Positions 10,313 through 18,725 of a stretch of 64,000 bases of DNA are shown piece after piece. The notes beneath the pieces were generated by a model that was given only the letters and a program-made list of their open reading frames with translations, did no database searches and was not told the origin of the DNA. The DNA lies in NCBI GenBank assembly GCA_947174335.1, contig CAMWIM010000004.1:6997-70996 (forward strand), written 5' to 3'. Source of the DNA: an uncultured Porphyromonadaceae bacterium. GTDB taxonomy: Bacteria; Bacteroidota; Bacteroidia; Bacteroidales; Muribaculaceae. Position numbers and translations under genes: made by a program. The first letter of the stretch is position 1; each line of letters opens with the position of its first letter.

Positions 10313-10645
10313 TATTAAAATAAGATTGGTTCAATGTCCGACCAACACCCACTCGGACTGGTATATACAAAAAAGCGTGGTGCCGAACTAAGTTGCTCGT
10401 TCCACGTCTTGAGGCCTTCGCATTGCCTAACATCAAAGAACAAGCAAAGTAGAAGACCCACGCTGTATGGTATATATAAATATATACACATCAGGTGTCA
10501 CTACTTATGCTTCGTTCGATTGATGTTTATTTTGAAAGTTGCGAAGTTCCAAGACATCAGAACTGAAGCGCGATAGTAACGCTTTATGTTTTATTTAAAC
10601 CATCAAAAATCTCCTCGCTCGGAGGGTTGATGACATCGCAAATTT
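10313..10645 (-). promoter_or_regulatory. structured 5' leader, copy A (promoter to start codon of the LRR operon)
   Basis: The -7 box TAAATTTG is the reverse complement (rc) of 10638-10645. Small hairpin at 10566-10582. Box gttgcgaagtt at 10537-10547. Long hairpin at 10374-10462 with the conserved apex aggccttcgcattgcc at 10411-10426. U-tract is the rc of 10368-10373. Same blocks and order as copies B and C. Confidence 0.7.
10368..10462 (-). terminator. terminator-like long hairpin + U6 inside leader A
   Basis: GCGTGG (10374-79) pairs with CCACGC (10457-62). Inner stem gttgctcgttc/gaacaagcaa. On the minus strand the hairpin is followed by UUUUUU. Confidence 0.6.
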
Positions 10646-10825
10646 ACGACATAATTTTGAAGTAACCAAATAGGTTGCACAAAATACAGTGTTTTACAGG
10701 TCATCAAAATGGTTTATAGCGTGGGCCTTTTTCCTTTGCCACTGCAAAATTAAATGAAATTAATTCAAAAACTATCATCCACTTCATCCATTTTGGGGGT
10801 AGACAAATTCCTTACGAGCTATTAT

Positions 10826-10850
10826 AAATTTAACAAAATTTGTTAAATTT
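10826..10850. promoter_or_regulatory. 25-bp perfect palindrome (operator candidate) upstream of the Panacea-domain TA operon
   Basis: aaatttaacaaa-a-tttgttaaattt has 12-bp arms. A -7 box tatctttg lies at 10906-10913, just before the ATG at 10920. Confidence 0.55.
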
Positions 10851-10919
10851 GATGTCGTGTTTTGAAATGTTTTGGCACTCACGTTGTTATATAAAAAAAA
10901 AGTATTATCTTTGCGAGTT

Positions 10920-11495
10920 ATGAAATCAAAAGAGCAAATTCTAAAGATTAGAGCGACTGTATTATATATACTGAGTGCATTTCCAAAGGGTATAGACTAC
11001 ATTAAACTTTTTAAGATTTTATATTATGCCCAACAGAAGCATTTGGTATGTTATGGTCGTACTATAATCAACGATAATTTTCAAGCTCGACAAAAAGGTC
11101 CGGTTTGTGGATTTGTACGTAAAGGATTGAAGCTTATTGAAAATTCAAAAAAACTTGAGGATGATTTTTTGATATTTGGTAAAAATATTCAGGTTTCCAT
11201 GGGGAAAGATTGTCAAATTATAAGTTCTCATGAGATGCCGGATATGGATGAATTGTCAGTTTCAGAAAAAAAATGTCTTGATACATTCATTGAAAAATTT
11301 AGAGATATGAATTCTAAAGATGTATCAGATTTTTCACATAAAGATAAAGCATGGGAAAGAGCGTTTAACAGAGCTAAAGATGATCCTCAGCTTAGGGTGA
11401 TGACAATACTTGAAATTGCCGAATCAGGAGGAGCGAATCATAATACATTAGCTTACATTAAAGAGAATCTTGAATTGGATCAATCGTTGAACTAA
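10920..11495 (+). CDS. Panacea/SocA (DUF4065) domain protein, putative antitoxin
   Basis: IKLFKILYYAQQKHL...FQARQKGPV matches the KLxKLLYYA..W..GPV DUF4065 signature. I prefer the ATG at 10920, downstream of the -7 box, to the TTG at 10872. Confidence 0.7.
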   Translation: MKSKEQILKIRATVLYILSAFPKGIDYIKLFKILYYAQQKHLVCYGRTIINDNFQARQKGPVCGFVRKGLKLIENSKKLEDDFLIFGKNIQVSMGKDCQIISSHEMPDMDELSVSEKKCLDTFIEKFRDMNSKDVSDFSHKDKAWERAFNRAKDDPQLRVMTILEIAESGGANHNTLAYIKENLELDQSLN

Positions 11496-11923
11496 TGGAT
11501 CGCAAAATTCAACTTGGTGATATTTATTACATTTCCTTAACTCGTGATGATGATGTGACGCCAAAAGGTGGTCTTGACCACCGAAAAAAGTATTGTTTTG
11601 TTGTCGGTTTCTCAGAATATGGATTTTATGTTGCGTACTTCTTGATGAACAGTGAAGTTAACAAAAAATATATCAATACAAATGAGCGTTTGTCGTGCCA
11701 ATATCCATTATCTCATTCAGATTATCCTTTAATAATCAAACCCGAAAAGGATCCTTCATTTCTTGACTTGGGCCATGTTAGAGAGATTGAAAAGACACGT
11801 ATGTTGACTGAAGGTAAATATTGTGGATCCCTAACGGAAACTGATCACCGAAATATTTTTGAATGGTTACGAGATTCAGAACAGTATTCGCCAAAAATGA
11901 AACGAAAGTATGGTTGGGTTTAA
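11495..11923 (+). CDS. putative toxin partner of the Panacea-domain protein (unknown family)
   Basis: Its start codon overlaps the upstream stop (TAATG). 142 aa with no recognisable motif. Confidence 0.45.
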   Translation: MDRKIQLGDIYYISLTRDDDVTPKGGLDHRKKYCFVVGFSEYGFYVAYFLMNSEVNKKYINTNERLSCQYPLSHSDYPLIIKPEKDPSFLDLGHVREIEKTRMLTEGKYCGSLTETDHRNIFEWLRDSEQYSPKMKRKYGWV

Positions 11924-12240
11924 TGCTCGTTAATATCCCTTTTTCTTTTTCGTTCATCTCGTACGGCTTTTATCTCAGCATTTATTTCGTCTAATGACAT
12001 TTCGGGAATATTTGAGTTTGCAATGGATTGGCGCATCGCATCAAATGCATTGAGAGCTTTTTGACGTGATATCTCAGTGCTGTCGGCTCTGATCTCAAAT
12101 GGAATTTTTCTTTCTCTTACAACGGTTTTCATAAAAATATTGAAAGCCGAAGATGTACTAAGCCCGAAAGCCTCACACAATGAATCGAAATTCTTCTTTA
12201 GATTCTGATCTACTCTGATTGATATTGTCGCTTGTGCCAT
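11920..12240 (-). CDS. RelB/DinJ family antitoxin (no adjacent toxin gene)
   Basis: MAQATISIRVDQNLKKNFDSLCEAFGLSTSSAFNIFMKTVVRERKIPFEI is a typical RelB/DinJ ribbon-helix-helix N-terminus. The ATG at 12240 is preferred. Confidence 0.8.
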   Translation of the reverse strand: MAQATISIRVDQNLKKNFDSLCEAFGLSTSSAFNIFMKTVVRERKIPFEIRADSTEISRQKALNAFDAMRQSIANSNIPEMSLDEINAEIKAVRDERKRKRDINEH

Positions 12241-12252
12241 AATTATGTTATT

Positions 12253-12283
12253 TGTAATGCAAAGATATGATATTTGCATTACA
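12253..12283. promoter_or_regulatory. palindromic operator overlapping the relB/dinJ-like promoter
   Basis: tgtaatgcaaa-N9-tttgcattaca has 11-bp arms. The minus-strand -7 box TATCTTTG (rc of 12260-12267) lies inside the left arm. Confidence 0.6.
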
Positions 12284-12347
12284 TTTGCAAGAATATTTGT
12301 TTTTTAATTAATTCTGGTGATATTTAGACCATAGAGGATTGAAGTCT

Positions 12348-12416
12348 GCAAATTGTTCCTTGTAAGGAACAATTTGGCGAATTTTACCTTGCAGGGAACA
12401 ATTTTTATTATATTTG
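12348..12416 (+). promoter_or_regulatory. palindrome plus a third half-site plus the -7 box upstream of the kinase gene
   Basis: caaattgttcctt-gt-aaggaacaatttg at 12348-12375. A third gggaacaattt at 12393-12403. The -7 box tatatttg at 12409-12416. ATG at 12439. Confidence 0.5.
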
Positions 12417-12438
12417 CAGAGAATTTCTTTATTGATCT

Positions 12439-13803
12439 ATGTCGCAGTTCCTCAATGATGACAGTCAATTCTCGCATGACGGTCGTGGCGAGATTGATTT
12501 TGATGACGCTATCAGGTTGCCTGACGGCGGCTCGACTTGTGACATTTATCGAACCAAATGGCAACGCCGCGATGTGTTTGTAAAACGGTTGAAGGAGGAG
12601 TTCAGGAATAAGCCTCTCTACCTTGATGCACTCGACAAGGAGTTTGATGTCGGAGTCAATCTCAAGCATCAATCGTTGCCCGAATATCGTGAATTTCATC
12701 GCGACTATATCGTACTCGATTACATTGACGGACAAACCCTTGCCGAGATGATTAGCCGTCAGGACCCGTGGCTGACCAATGAGCGTAACATAATTAAAAT
12801 GCTTCGCGAACTGGTTGATGTTGTCGGCTATCTGCACCGTCATAACGTGGTGCATTGCGACATCAAGCCTGACAATATTATGATTACTGCCAACGGGCGA
12901 AATCTTGTGTTGATCGACTTTGACAAAAGCTATACCGATGCGCTCGGCGATACATCGGGACATCCCGGAAAATATGGATTGCCAACTGACGAAAAGGGTC
13001 GCATGGCTATCGATTTTCATGGTATTGGAATGGTGGTCGAGAAGTTGAAAGAGAGTGTTCGCGGCTTCAAATTTTCAGCATATAAGAAGTTTGTGAAAGC
13101 GTGCAATAAATCAGATGTCGATTGCGAAGAACTTTTTGCCATATTAGATTATACTCCATCCATCCCCCAAAAACAAATCAAATATATCATGATTCTTGTC
13201 GCGATTATAATAATGAGTGTCGTGATATATTTCAGTAATAACAGGGAGGGCAATAGTGTCTCGTCTGAGGATGTTGATACAATTTTTACCGAACCTGTTA
13301 CTGACGAGAAAATAAAACAAGACTCGGCTTATTCAGAAGAAATTATATCACCCAAAAGCGATGAAAATGGGCTGAAAACTGAAATATCAGCAAATGAAAT
13401 TGAATATAATTCGCCCAAAAAACTGTGGGATATTGCTGAGAAGAAGGCTGCGATTTTAGATGGTGTGATAAAGCCGCAGTTTGATGAATTGCAGGCAAGT
13501 CTTGACCATCTTCAAAAACTCAAAAATGATACTACTTTAAGCGGAGAAGAACTTCTTGACGCAATTCGTCGACAGGGCGATTTGGAAGATGAATATGTAA
13601 AGGAGGCTGTTTTACGGGCGCAAGAATTGTTTAATCTGGATCAAGCCAATGAGCTTGATCAGCGTGAACTCTCGCGCATTTTGTTTAAATCGAAAGCTTA
13701 TACCGAGTATAAGCGGAGATATGCTCGTGAAGGTCGCGAATTTCGACTTGAATATGAGCGGCGATTACAAAAAGAGGGGAAGACATTAGAGGATCTCAAC
13801 TGA
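12439..13803 (+). CDS. membrane-anchored Ser/Thr protein kinase with a C-terminal coiled-coil region
   Basis: VFVKRLK (catalytic Lys region), HCDIKPDN (catalytic loop), LIDFDKS (DFG-like). TM segment IKYIMILVAIIIMSVVIYF. Charged helical tail. Confidence 0.8.
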   Translation: MSQFLNDDSQFSHDGRGEIDFDDAIRLPDGGSTCDIYRTKWQRRDVFVKRLKEEFRNKPLYLDALDKEFDVGVNLKHQSLPEYREFHRDYIVLDYIDGQTLAEMISRQDPWLTNERNIIKMLRELVDVVGYLHRHNVVHCDIKPDNIMITANGRNLVLIDFDKSYTDALGDTSGHPGKYGLPTDEKGRMAIDFHGIGMVVEKLKESVRGFKFSAYKKFVKACNKSDVDCEELFAILDYTPSIPQKQIKYIMILVAIIIMSVVIYFSNNREGNSVSSEDVDTIFTEPVTDEKIKQDSAYSEEIISPKSDENGLKTEISANEIEYNSPKKLWDIAEKKAAILDGVIKPQFDELQASLDHLQKLKNDTTLSGEELLDAIRRQGDLEDEYVKEAVLRAQELFNLDQANELDQRELSRILFKSKAYTEYKRRYAREGREFRLEYERRLQKEGKTLEDLN

Positions 13804-14343
13804 TTTCAGCCCCTTGAACTTTGCCGACTCGTATGCCCCGAGATCTTTACCGTCACGGATAACGTGCGCCGCTACAAATCGGTGTCCGCCTGCAAGTTGA
13901 GTGATAGTCAGCAGGTCACCTGTCATGATATTTTTGCTCCCTTTAACTCCATTGACAATAAACTGAGAGTCACCCAGATATGTGAGAAAAAATTCACGGT
14001 TAGGAGCGTATGCGATTCTGATTTGTGTTCCTTTTCCCAAGTCTTTCACTTCAATACAATCAATTGGAGTAAATAACGAAATATCAGCATCCTCGCCAAG
14101 TTCTTTTATCAGCGATTCATAGTCTTCACTACCAAGATAACGGGCGATTATGTCCATGGTCGAAAGGCGAGGCACAACCTTGTCGTTCTTGAAGCCAAAC
14201 AACCTTTTGAGTGTATTGACCCCCAGATGCTCGTGTGTGTTGTCTTTTATTGATTGAGATAACACCTCGAAATCGGCACTGCGGGTCATCCCCAAACCAA
14301 CCTTTTCACGCACTCTTCGGAGTATTTCGGTTTTATTAGTCAT
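13786..14343 (-). CDS. hypothetical protein
   Basis: 185-aa ORF. A minus-strand -7 box TATTTTTG lies just upstream (near 14368-14375). Converges on and overlaps the kinase gene by 18 nt. Confidence 0.5.
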   Translation of the reverse strand: MTNKTEILRRVREKVGLGMTRSADFEVLSQSIKDNTHEHLGVNTLKRLFGFKNDKVVPRLSTMDIIARYLGSEDYESLIKELGEDADISLFTPIDCIEVKDLGKGTQIRIAYAPNREFFLTYLGDSQFIVNGVKGSKNIMTGDLLTITQLAGGHRFVAAHVIRDGKDLGAYESAKFKGLKSVEIL

Positions 14344-14497
14344 GATTCTAACTTTTTAAACTTTGTGCAAAAATAATGGTTTCTTCTCAATTAGAGGTGC
14401 AATTGCGTTGAAATGGACGAAGTGGATGAGTCAAACGTGACGGAAATCAGCCATATATCTTGTAAATTTGTAGTGCCTAAATTAAAAATATGTAAAT

Positions 14498-14665
14498 ATG
14501 AAGGATTGGATGTGTTGGACACTGTTAGTCATCGGTGTAATTGCGATTGCCTGTGTATCCTATTGGTTATCTCATAATCTGCCGATTATGTGGAGTATAG
14601 GTACGACAATCTTTTGCAACTTTCTTGTCAGTTGCTATCTCACATTCCGGAAAAAGTGGTCGTGA
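14498..14665 (+). CDS. possible 55-aa two-TM small membrane protein (below the ORF-track cutoff)
   Basis: ATG at 14498, preceded by the -7 box taaatttg at 14463-14470. Translation is MKDWMCWTLLVIGVIAIACVSYWLSHNLPIMWSIGTTIFCNFLVSCYLTFRKKWS. Confidence 0.35.
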   Translation: MKDWMCWTLLVIGVIAIACVSYWLSHNLPIMWSIGTTIFCNFLVSCYLTFRKKWS

Positions 14666-14672
14666 AATTGTT

Positions 14673-15818
14673 CTATTCCCGTTCGTAGCGTCGATAGAGG
14701 GTGAAAATGAGTAAGCAGCCGATGAGGACAATTGGCACACCGATAATCGACGGCGCACTAACACTGTAACCTTTGGCAATGACAAGGCTGCCGAGCCAAG
14801 CGGCGATGGCGTTTCCGGCATTGTAGGCTATCTGGATGCATGCCGCACCGAGAAATTCACCTCCACGCGAATATCCCACAATTGACGATTGCAACGGACT
14901 CCCCGAACCGAAAAGTGTGGCTGTTCCGAGCATCATCAGCACAACGGCGGCGACTTGATACGATTCGAAAAAGTAAATGAGAACCATCACCGGGATAGCC
15001 GTAGCCTGCACCCATCCTGCCACCCACGACGGTTTGTAGCGGTCGCTGAGTCGTCCGGCGATGAGATTACCGCCGACCATGCCGAGCCCGGCAAGCACCA
15101 TCAGCCATGTAAGGTCGCTTTGAGTAAATCGGCTCACTTGAGTAAGTTGCGGGTCAATGTAGCTGTACCAGCAGTAAATGCCGATTTGACCGAAAAGCAC
15201 CCCGCCAAAAATTAACCACGGCGGGAGGGTTTTCAAAAAATGAAATTGAGCCTTAAAGCCTTGATATTTGAGCGGCTCAAGCCGTGGTACCCATAGGGTG
15301 ATGGCAATTGCCGTAAGTGTGCCGCAAATTCCGGTAATCAAAAAAGCAAGACGCCACGTAAGGTTGTTGGCAATGAACGTCCCCATCGGTACGCCCACAA
15401 GGTTGGCGGCAGTCATTCCCGCAATCATATAGGCGACAGCACTGACCTCTTTGCCCGGATGTGCAATTTTTCGCGCGACAATTGCTCCGACACCAAAGAA
15501 ACATCCGTGGGGGAGTCCTGAAAGAAATCGGGCTGCAAAAAACGAGTTATAGTTCCATGCTCCTGCCGCTGAAAAATTTCCGACCGCGATAATTACGCTC
15601 AAAAAAATCATCAATCTTTTAAGCGGAATTCGTCTGGCAAACAGCAACATTATAGCACCTGCACACACCCCCAGCGCATAAGCCGAAATAAAGTGACCGG
15701 CTTCGGCAACAGTGACACCCATGTTTGAGGCGATGTCGCTCAAAATGCCCATCATCAGAAATTCGGCAATTCCAAGTGAAAACGTCCCTATGGCGAGTGC
15801 AAAAATTCCTTTATTCAT
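14673..15818 (-). CDS. MFS transporter
   Basis: 381 aa with about 12 hydrophobic segments. N-terminus MNKGIFALAIGTFSLGIAEFLMMGILSDIA is typical of the YdhP/AraJ-like MFS group. Confidence 0.85.
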   Translation of the reverse strand: MNKGIFALAIGTFSLGIAEFLMMGILSDIASNMGVTVAEAGHFISAYALGVCAGAIMLLFARRIPLKRLMIFLSVIIAVGNFSAAGAWNYNSFFAARFLSGLPHGCFFGVGAIVARKIAHPGKEVSAVAYMIAGMTAANLVGVPMGTFIANNLTWRLAFLITGICGTLTAIAITLWVPRLEPLKYQGFKAQFHFLKTLPPWLIFGGVLFGQIGIYCWYSYIDPQLTQVSRFTQSDLTWLMVLAGLGMVGGNLIAGRLSDRYKPSWVAGWVQATAIPVMVLIYFFESYQVAAVVLMMLGTATLFGSGSPLQSSIVGYSRGGEFLGAACIQIAYNAGNAIAAWLGSLVIAKGYSVSAPSIIGVPIVLIGCLLIFTLYRRYERE

Positions 15819-15825
15819 ATTGCTC

Positions 15826-18489
15826 TCAGTCGATATATTTGATTTCGGTCTTTGAATTGATAAACTCGATTCCGCGGTTGATATTTATACCGTTAATTCT
15901 GAATCCGGTCTTCAGATACAAGGTCTTGAGCGACGGCATTACGCACCATAGATCGGTCAGCTCCGTGTTTTTAGAGAGGTCTAATGTCGTGAGCTGATTT
16001 CCGTTACAGTTCATCATATATAACTCGGTGTTGTTCGAGAGATCAAGCGTTGTGAGTTGGTTTTCAGAACAATCAATATCAGCAAGTGCTGTATTTTTTG
16101 TAAAATTGACCGAGGTCAATTTATTGTCGTAGCAATACAGGTGGGTCAAAGTTGTAAGAGGGGATAGATCTAATTCGGTTAACTCATTATGATAACAATG
16201 TAGCTCGGTTATCTTTGTGTTCTGAGAGATATCTAACGACGTTATATCGTTATATGAGCAGTCAAAATAGGTTATCTCAGGGCAGTGAGAGCTGTCGAGC
16301 GAAATAAGCATGTTTTTGTGACAGTTCAGATATGTCAGTGACGGGCAATTTGCAAGATTCAATGAAAGAATCTGATTGTCGGCGCACAATATCTGGGTAA
16401 GTTCGGGACAATTTGGAATTTTAAGTGAGGTCAGCAGATTTGATTCGCACCACAACGATTTGAGTGCAGTGCAGTTAGATACGTTTAGCGAATACAGCTT
16501 GTTGTTAGAGCAAGACAGCGAGGTCAATGCCTGACACTTTGATACATCCAACGAATTCAGACGGTTGCCCGAGCATGATAACGAAGTCAGAGCCGGGTTA
16601 TTAGATAGATTCAGTGATGTGAGGTGATTGCCGTAACACTCCAGCTCGGTCAGAGCCGGGCAATTAGAAAGATTCAGAGTGCCGATCAGATTGTCAGAAC
16701 AGTCTAAATAGGTCAGAGCTTTGGAATTGGATAAATCTATTGAAATTAAACGGTTGTTGTAGCATTTCACACTGGTTAACTCCGGACAACAAGCGAGGTT
16801 GAGCGTTATTAGGTCGTTGCCATAGCAATCCAGGTCGGTCAGGCGGGGGCAGTTTGAGAGGTCAAGCGATGTCAGGTAGCAGCTGCACGACAGTGTGGTC
16901 AAAGCCGGGCAATAAGATAAATCTAAAGTTGTCAAATTGTTAGCCGAGCAATCAAGATATGTCAGTGCTGCACATTTTGACAAATTCAGATATGGAATCT
17001 CATTTGTGCGACATTTCAATTCAGTCAGTTCGGCGCAGTCCGAAATATCAAGCGATGCAATTAGATTGTTTTCGCAATTCAAGCTTGTCAATGCTTTATT
17101 TTCAGAGAGATTGAGAGTGGTTATTTCGTTATTTGAGCAATTGAGAACTTTCAGATTTGAGAAATATTGAATACCCTCAAGCGATTTAATGGTGTAAATC
17201 GATCGTTTTGATACGTCGAGTGTCGTTACCGCTAACGCCTCTTCTTTAGAGAGAGTCCCGTCGTGGTTGGTGTCTAAATCTTCCAACACATATCTTCTAA
17301 ATAACACATCGGGGAAAGCCGATTGCATATTTGACGGAATCTCGGTGTTAAGCGATTGACCCTCTTGGCTGATTTGTATCATTGCCAATGTTATCCCATC
17401 GATGTTTGTTAGATACACTTTGGTTGTGCGGGTGACATCGTTGTTTGGTGAAATATTCAGTGTGATAGTCTCTTGCCTGATTGCTCGCGATGTAACCTCG
17501 CTGATCCATCCTTGGGCATCTTCAGGAATAGAGACCGAATAATCGGTGTTGGTTTCGATGGTAAATTCTATAGTCCCGCCCTCATTCTCGACGTTATAAA
17601 AAGCTTCAGAAGTGATATGTATAAATTCGTCTTCTTCAAACGACAAACTCTTTGATACCGAAGTAGAGCCGTTTGAAGCGATCAAGATTAACTTGTCAAG
17701 TTCGCCAATTGTTTCTCCGGTTTGAATGGTGATTGTTCCTTTTGCTGATTCGGCATCTTCAATCTCAGCCTTGATATTGCCCGATGTTACAACCTCAACA
17801 TTCAGCCCTTTGGTTTCACCCATAATGGTATAGGCTACTCTGATTGTCGCGTTAGGTTCGACCGGAATATTATTGTCAACGTCGTCAATGTTGAATGTGA
17901 TGGTTAATTCTGGCTGGCGGGGTATTATAAGTTTCTCGCCATTTGACAACGTAAAGACAACCTTCTCTGCATCAGACATATCAATGTCGCTGAAAAGCAC
18001 ATTGTTGCCTTGACCGAGATTGATCCAGCTTTTACCATTATCGAGGGAAACATACCAATTTTTTTTCTCAATCTTAAGTGTCGGTAGAACAGCAAATTCC
18101 GATCCGTAAGGCATGACCTTATTACTGTTGCTGTCAAGTAGCCAACCGTCGTTTAAAGTCCAGTAATAAATGCTGTCACTATCTTGCTTGATGCCGATTG
18201 AGGGTGATGTCGAGCTATTCCCGTAATAGATTGAGATAGGCTTATTTATAGCGAATGCAAAAGTATAGCCGACCTCTTTATCATCTTCAATTAGTGGCGA
18301 AATAGAAGTGATAAGGTCGTTATCATGCAAAATGTCAACCAACGCTTGTAAGGCGGTAATATTGGAATTTATCTGATTACACACCTCATCAAGCTGCTCA
18401 TCAGGATAGCCGGGCTCCTCTTTGTCATCATTACAACCGACTAAAACCATGATTGTTATCAAGAAAAGTGTGTATATAAATTTTTTCAT
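15826..18489 (-). CDS. surface lipoprotein, paralog of 7505..10312 (one BACON-like module + LRR array)
   Basis: Lipobox LVGC. Same N-terminal domain (ITSISPL.EDDKEVGYTFAF). About 66-bp coding repeats at roughly 15900-17160. Short-leader promoter (rc of 18522-18529 = TAACTTTG). Confidence 0.85.
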   Translation of the reverse strand: MKKFIYTLFLITIMVLVGCNDDKEEPGYPDEQLDEVCNQINSNITALQALVDILHDNDLITSISPLIEDDKEVGYTFAFAINKPISIYYGNSSTSPSIGIKQDSDSIYYWTLNDGWLLDSNSNKVMPYGSEFAVLPTLKIEKKNWYVSLDNGKSWINLGQGNNVLFSDIDMSDAEKVVFTLSNGEKLIIPRQPELTITFNIDDVDNNIPVEPNATIRVAYTIMGETKGLNVEVVTSGNIKAEIEDAESAKGTITIQTGETIGELDKLILIASNGSTSVSKSLSFEEDEFIHITSEAFYNVENEGGTIEFTIETNTDYSVSIPEDAQGWISEVTSRAIRQETITLNISPNNDVTRTTKVYLTNIDGITLAMIQISQEGQSLNTEIPSNMQSAFPDVLFRRYVLEDLDTNHDGTLSKEEALAVTTLDVSKRSIYTIKSLEGIQYFSNLKVLNCSNNEITTLNLSENKALTSLNCENNLIASLDISDCAELTELKCRTNEIPYLNLSKCAALTYLDCSANNLTTLDLSYCPALTTLSCSCYLTSLDLSNCPRLTDLDCYGNDLITLNLACCPELTSVKCYNNRLISIDLSNSKALTYLDCSDNLIGTLNLSNCPALTELECYGNHLTSLNLSNNPALTSLSCSGNRLNSLDVSKCQALTSLSCSNNKLYSLNVSNCTALKSLWCESNLLTSLKIPNCPELTQILCADNQILSLNLANCPSLTYLNCHKNMLISLDSSHCPEITYFDCSYNDITSLDISQNTKITELHCYHNELTELDLSPLTTLTHLYCYDNKLTSVNFTKNTALADIDCSENQLTTLDLSNNTELYMMNCNGNQLTTLDLSKNTELTDLWCVMPSLKTLYLKTGFRINGININRGIEFINSKTEIKYID

Positions 18490-18725
18490 AGTGTGTTTTT
18501 GATTGTTACTGCAAAGTTAAAATATAATTTTTATATGAGCAACATAATTAAAAGTTTTGATTTTCATTTTTAATGTATTTCACGCAAATTTAAAGGATAA
18601 AAGAGAAAGGTTATATAAGTCTTAATTCCTTCTGCTAATTTTTAGTGAATAGTAGTGAATATAGTTTCTAAATTATTGTTATTTTTGCAAAATAGAAAAA
18701 TTAATAATCTATTGAAAGCAAGATA

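Noticed and set aside
10411-10547. Invertible promoter (inverton) bounded by the cttcgca / tgcgaag inverted repeat
   Set aside because: The inverted repeat is only 7 bp. The TAnnTTTG promoter box lies outside the segment. No recombinase gene is present in the window. The covarying stems and the U-tract fit an RNA element better.
10334-10576. Plus-strand ORFs overlapping the three leader copies (10334..10576, 22034..22267, 51690..51992)
   Set aside because: The conserved nucleotide blocks fall in different reading frames in the three copies. The similarity is in stems with compensatory changes, not in codons. The ORFs have no promoter or start context.
12304-13020. 238-aa minus-strand ORF
   Set aside because: It is antisense to the well-supported kinase gene, has no recognisable motifs, and spans the kinase promoter region. 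It is most likely a shadow ORF.
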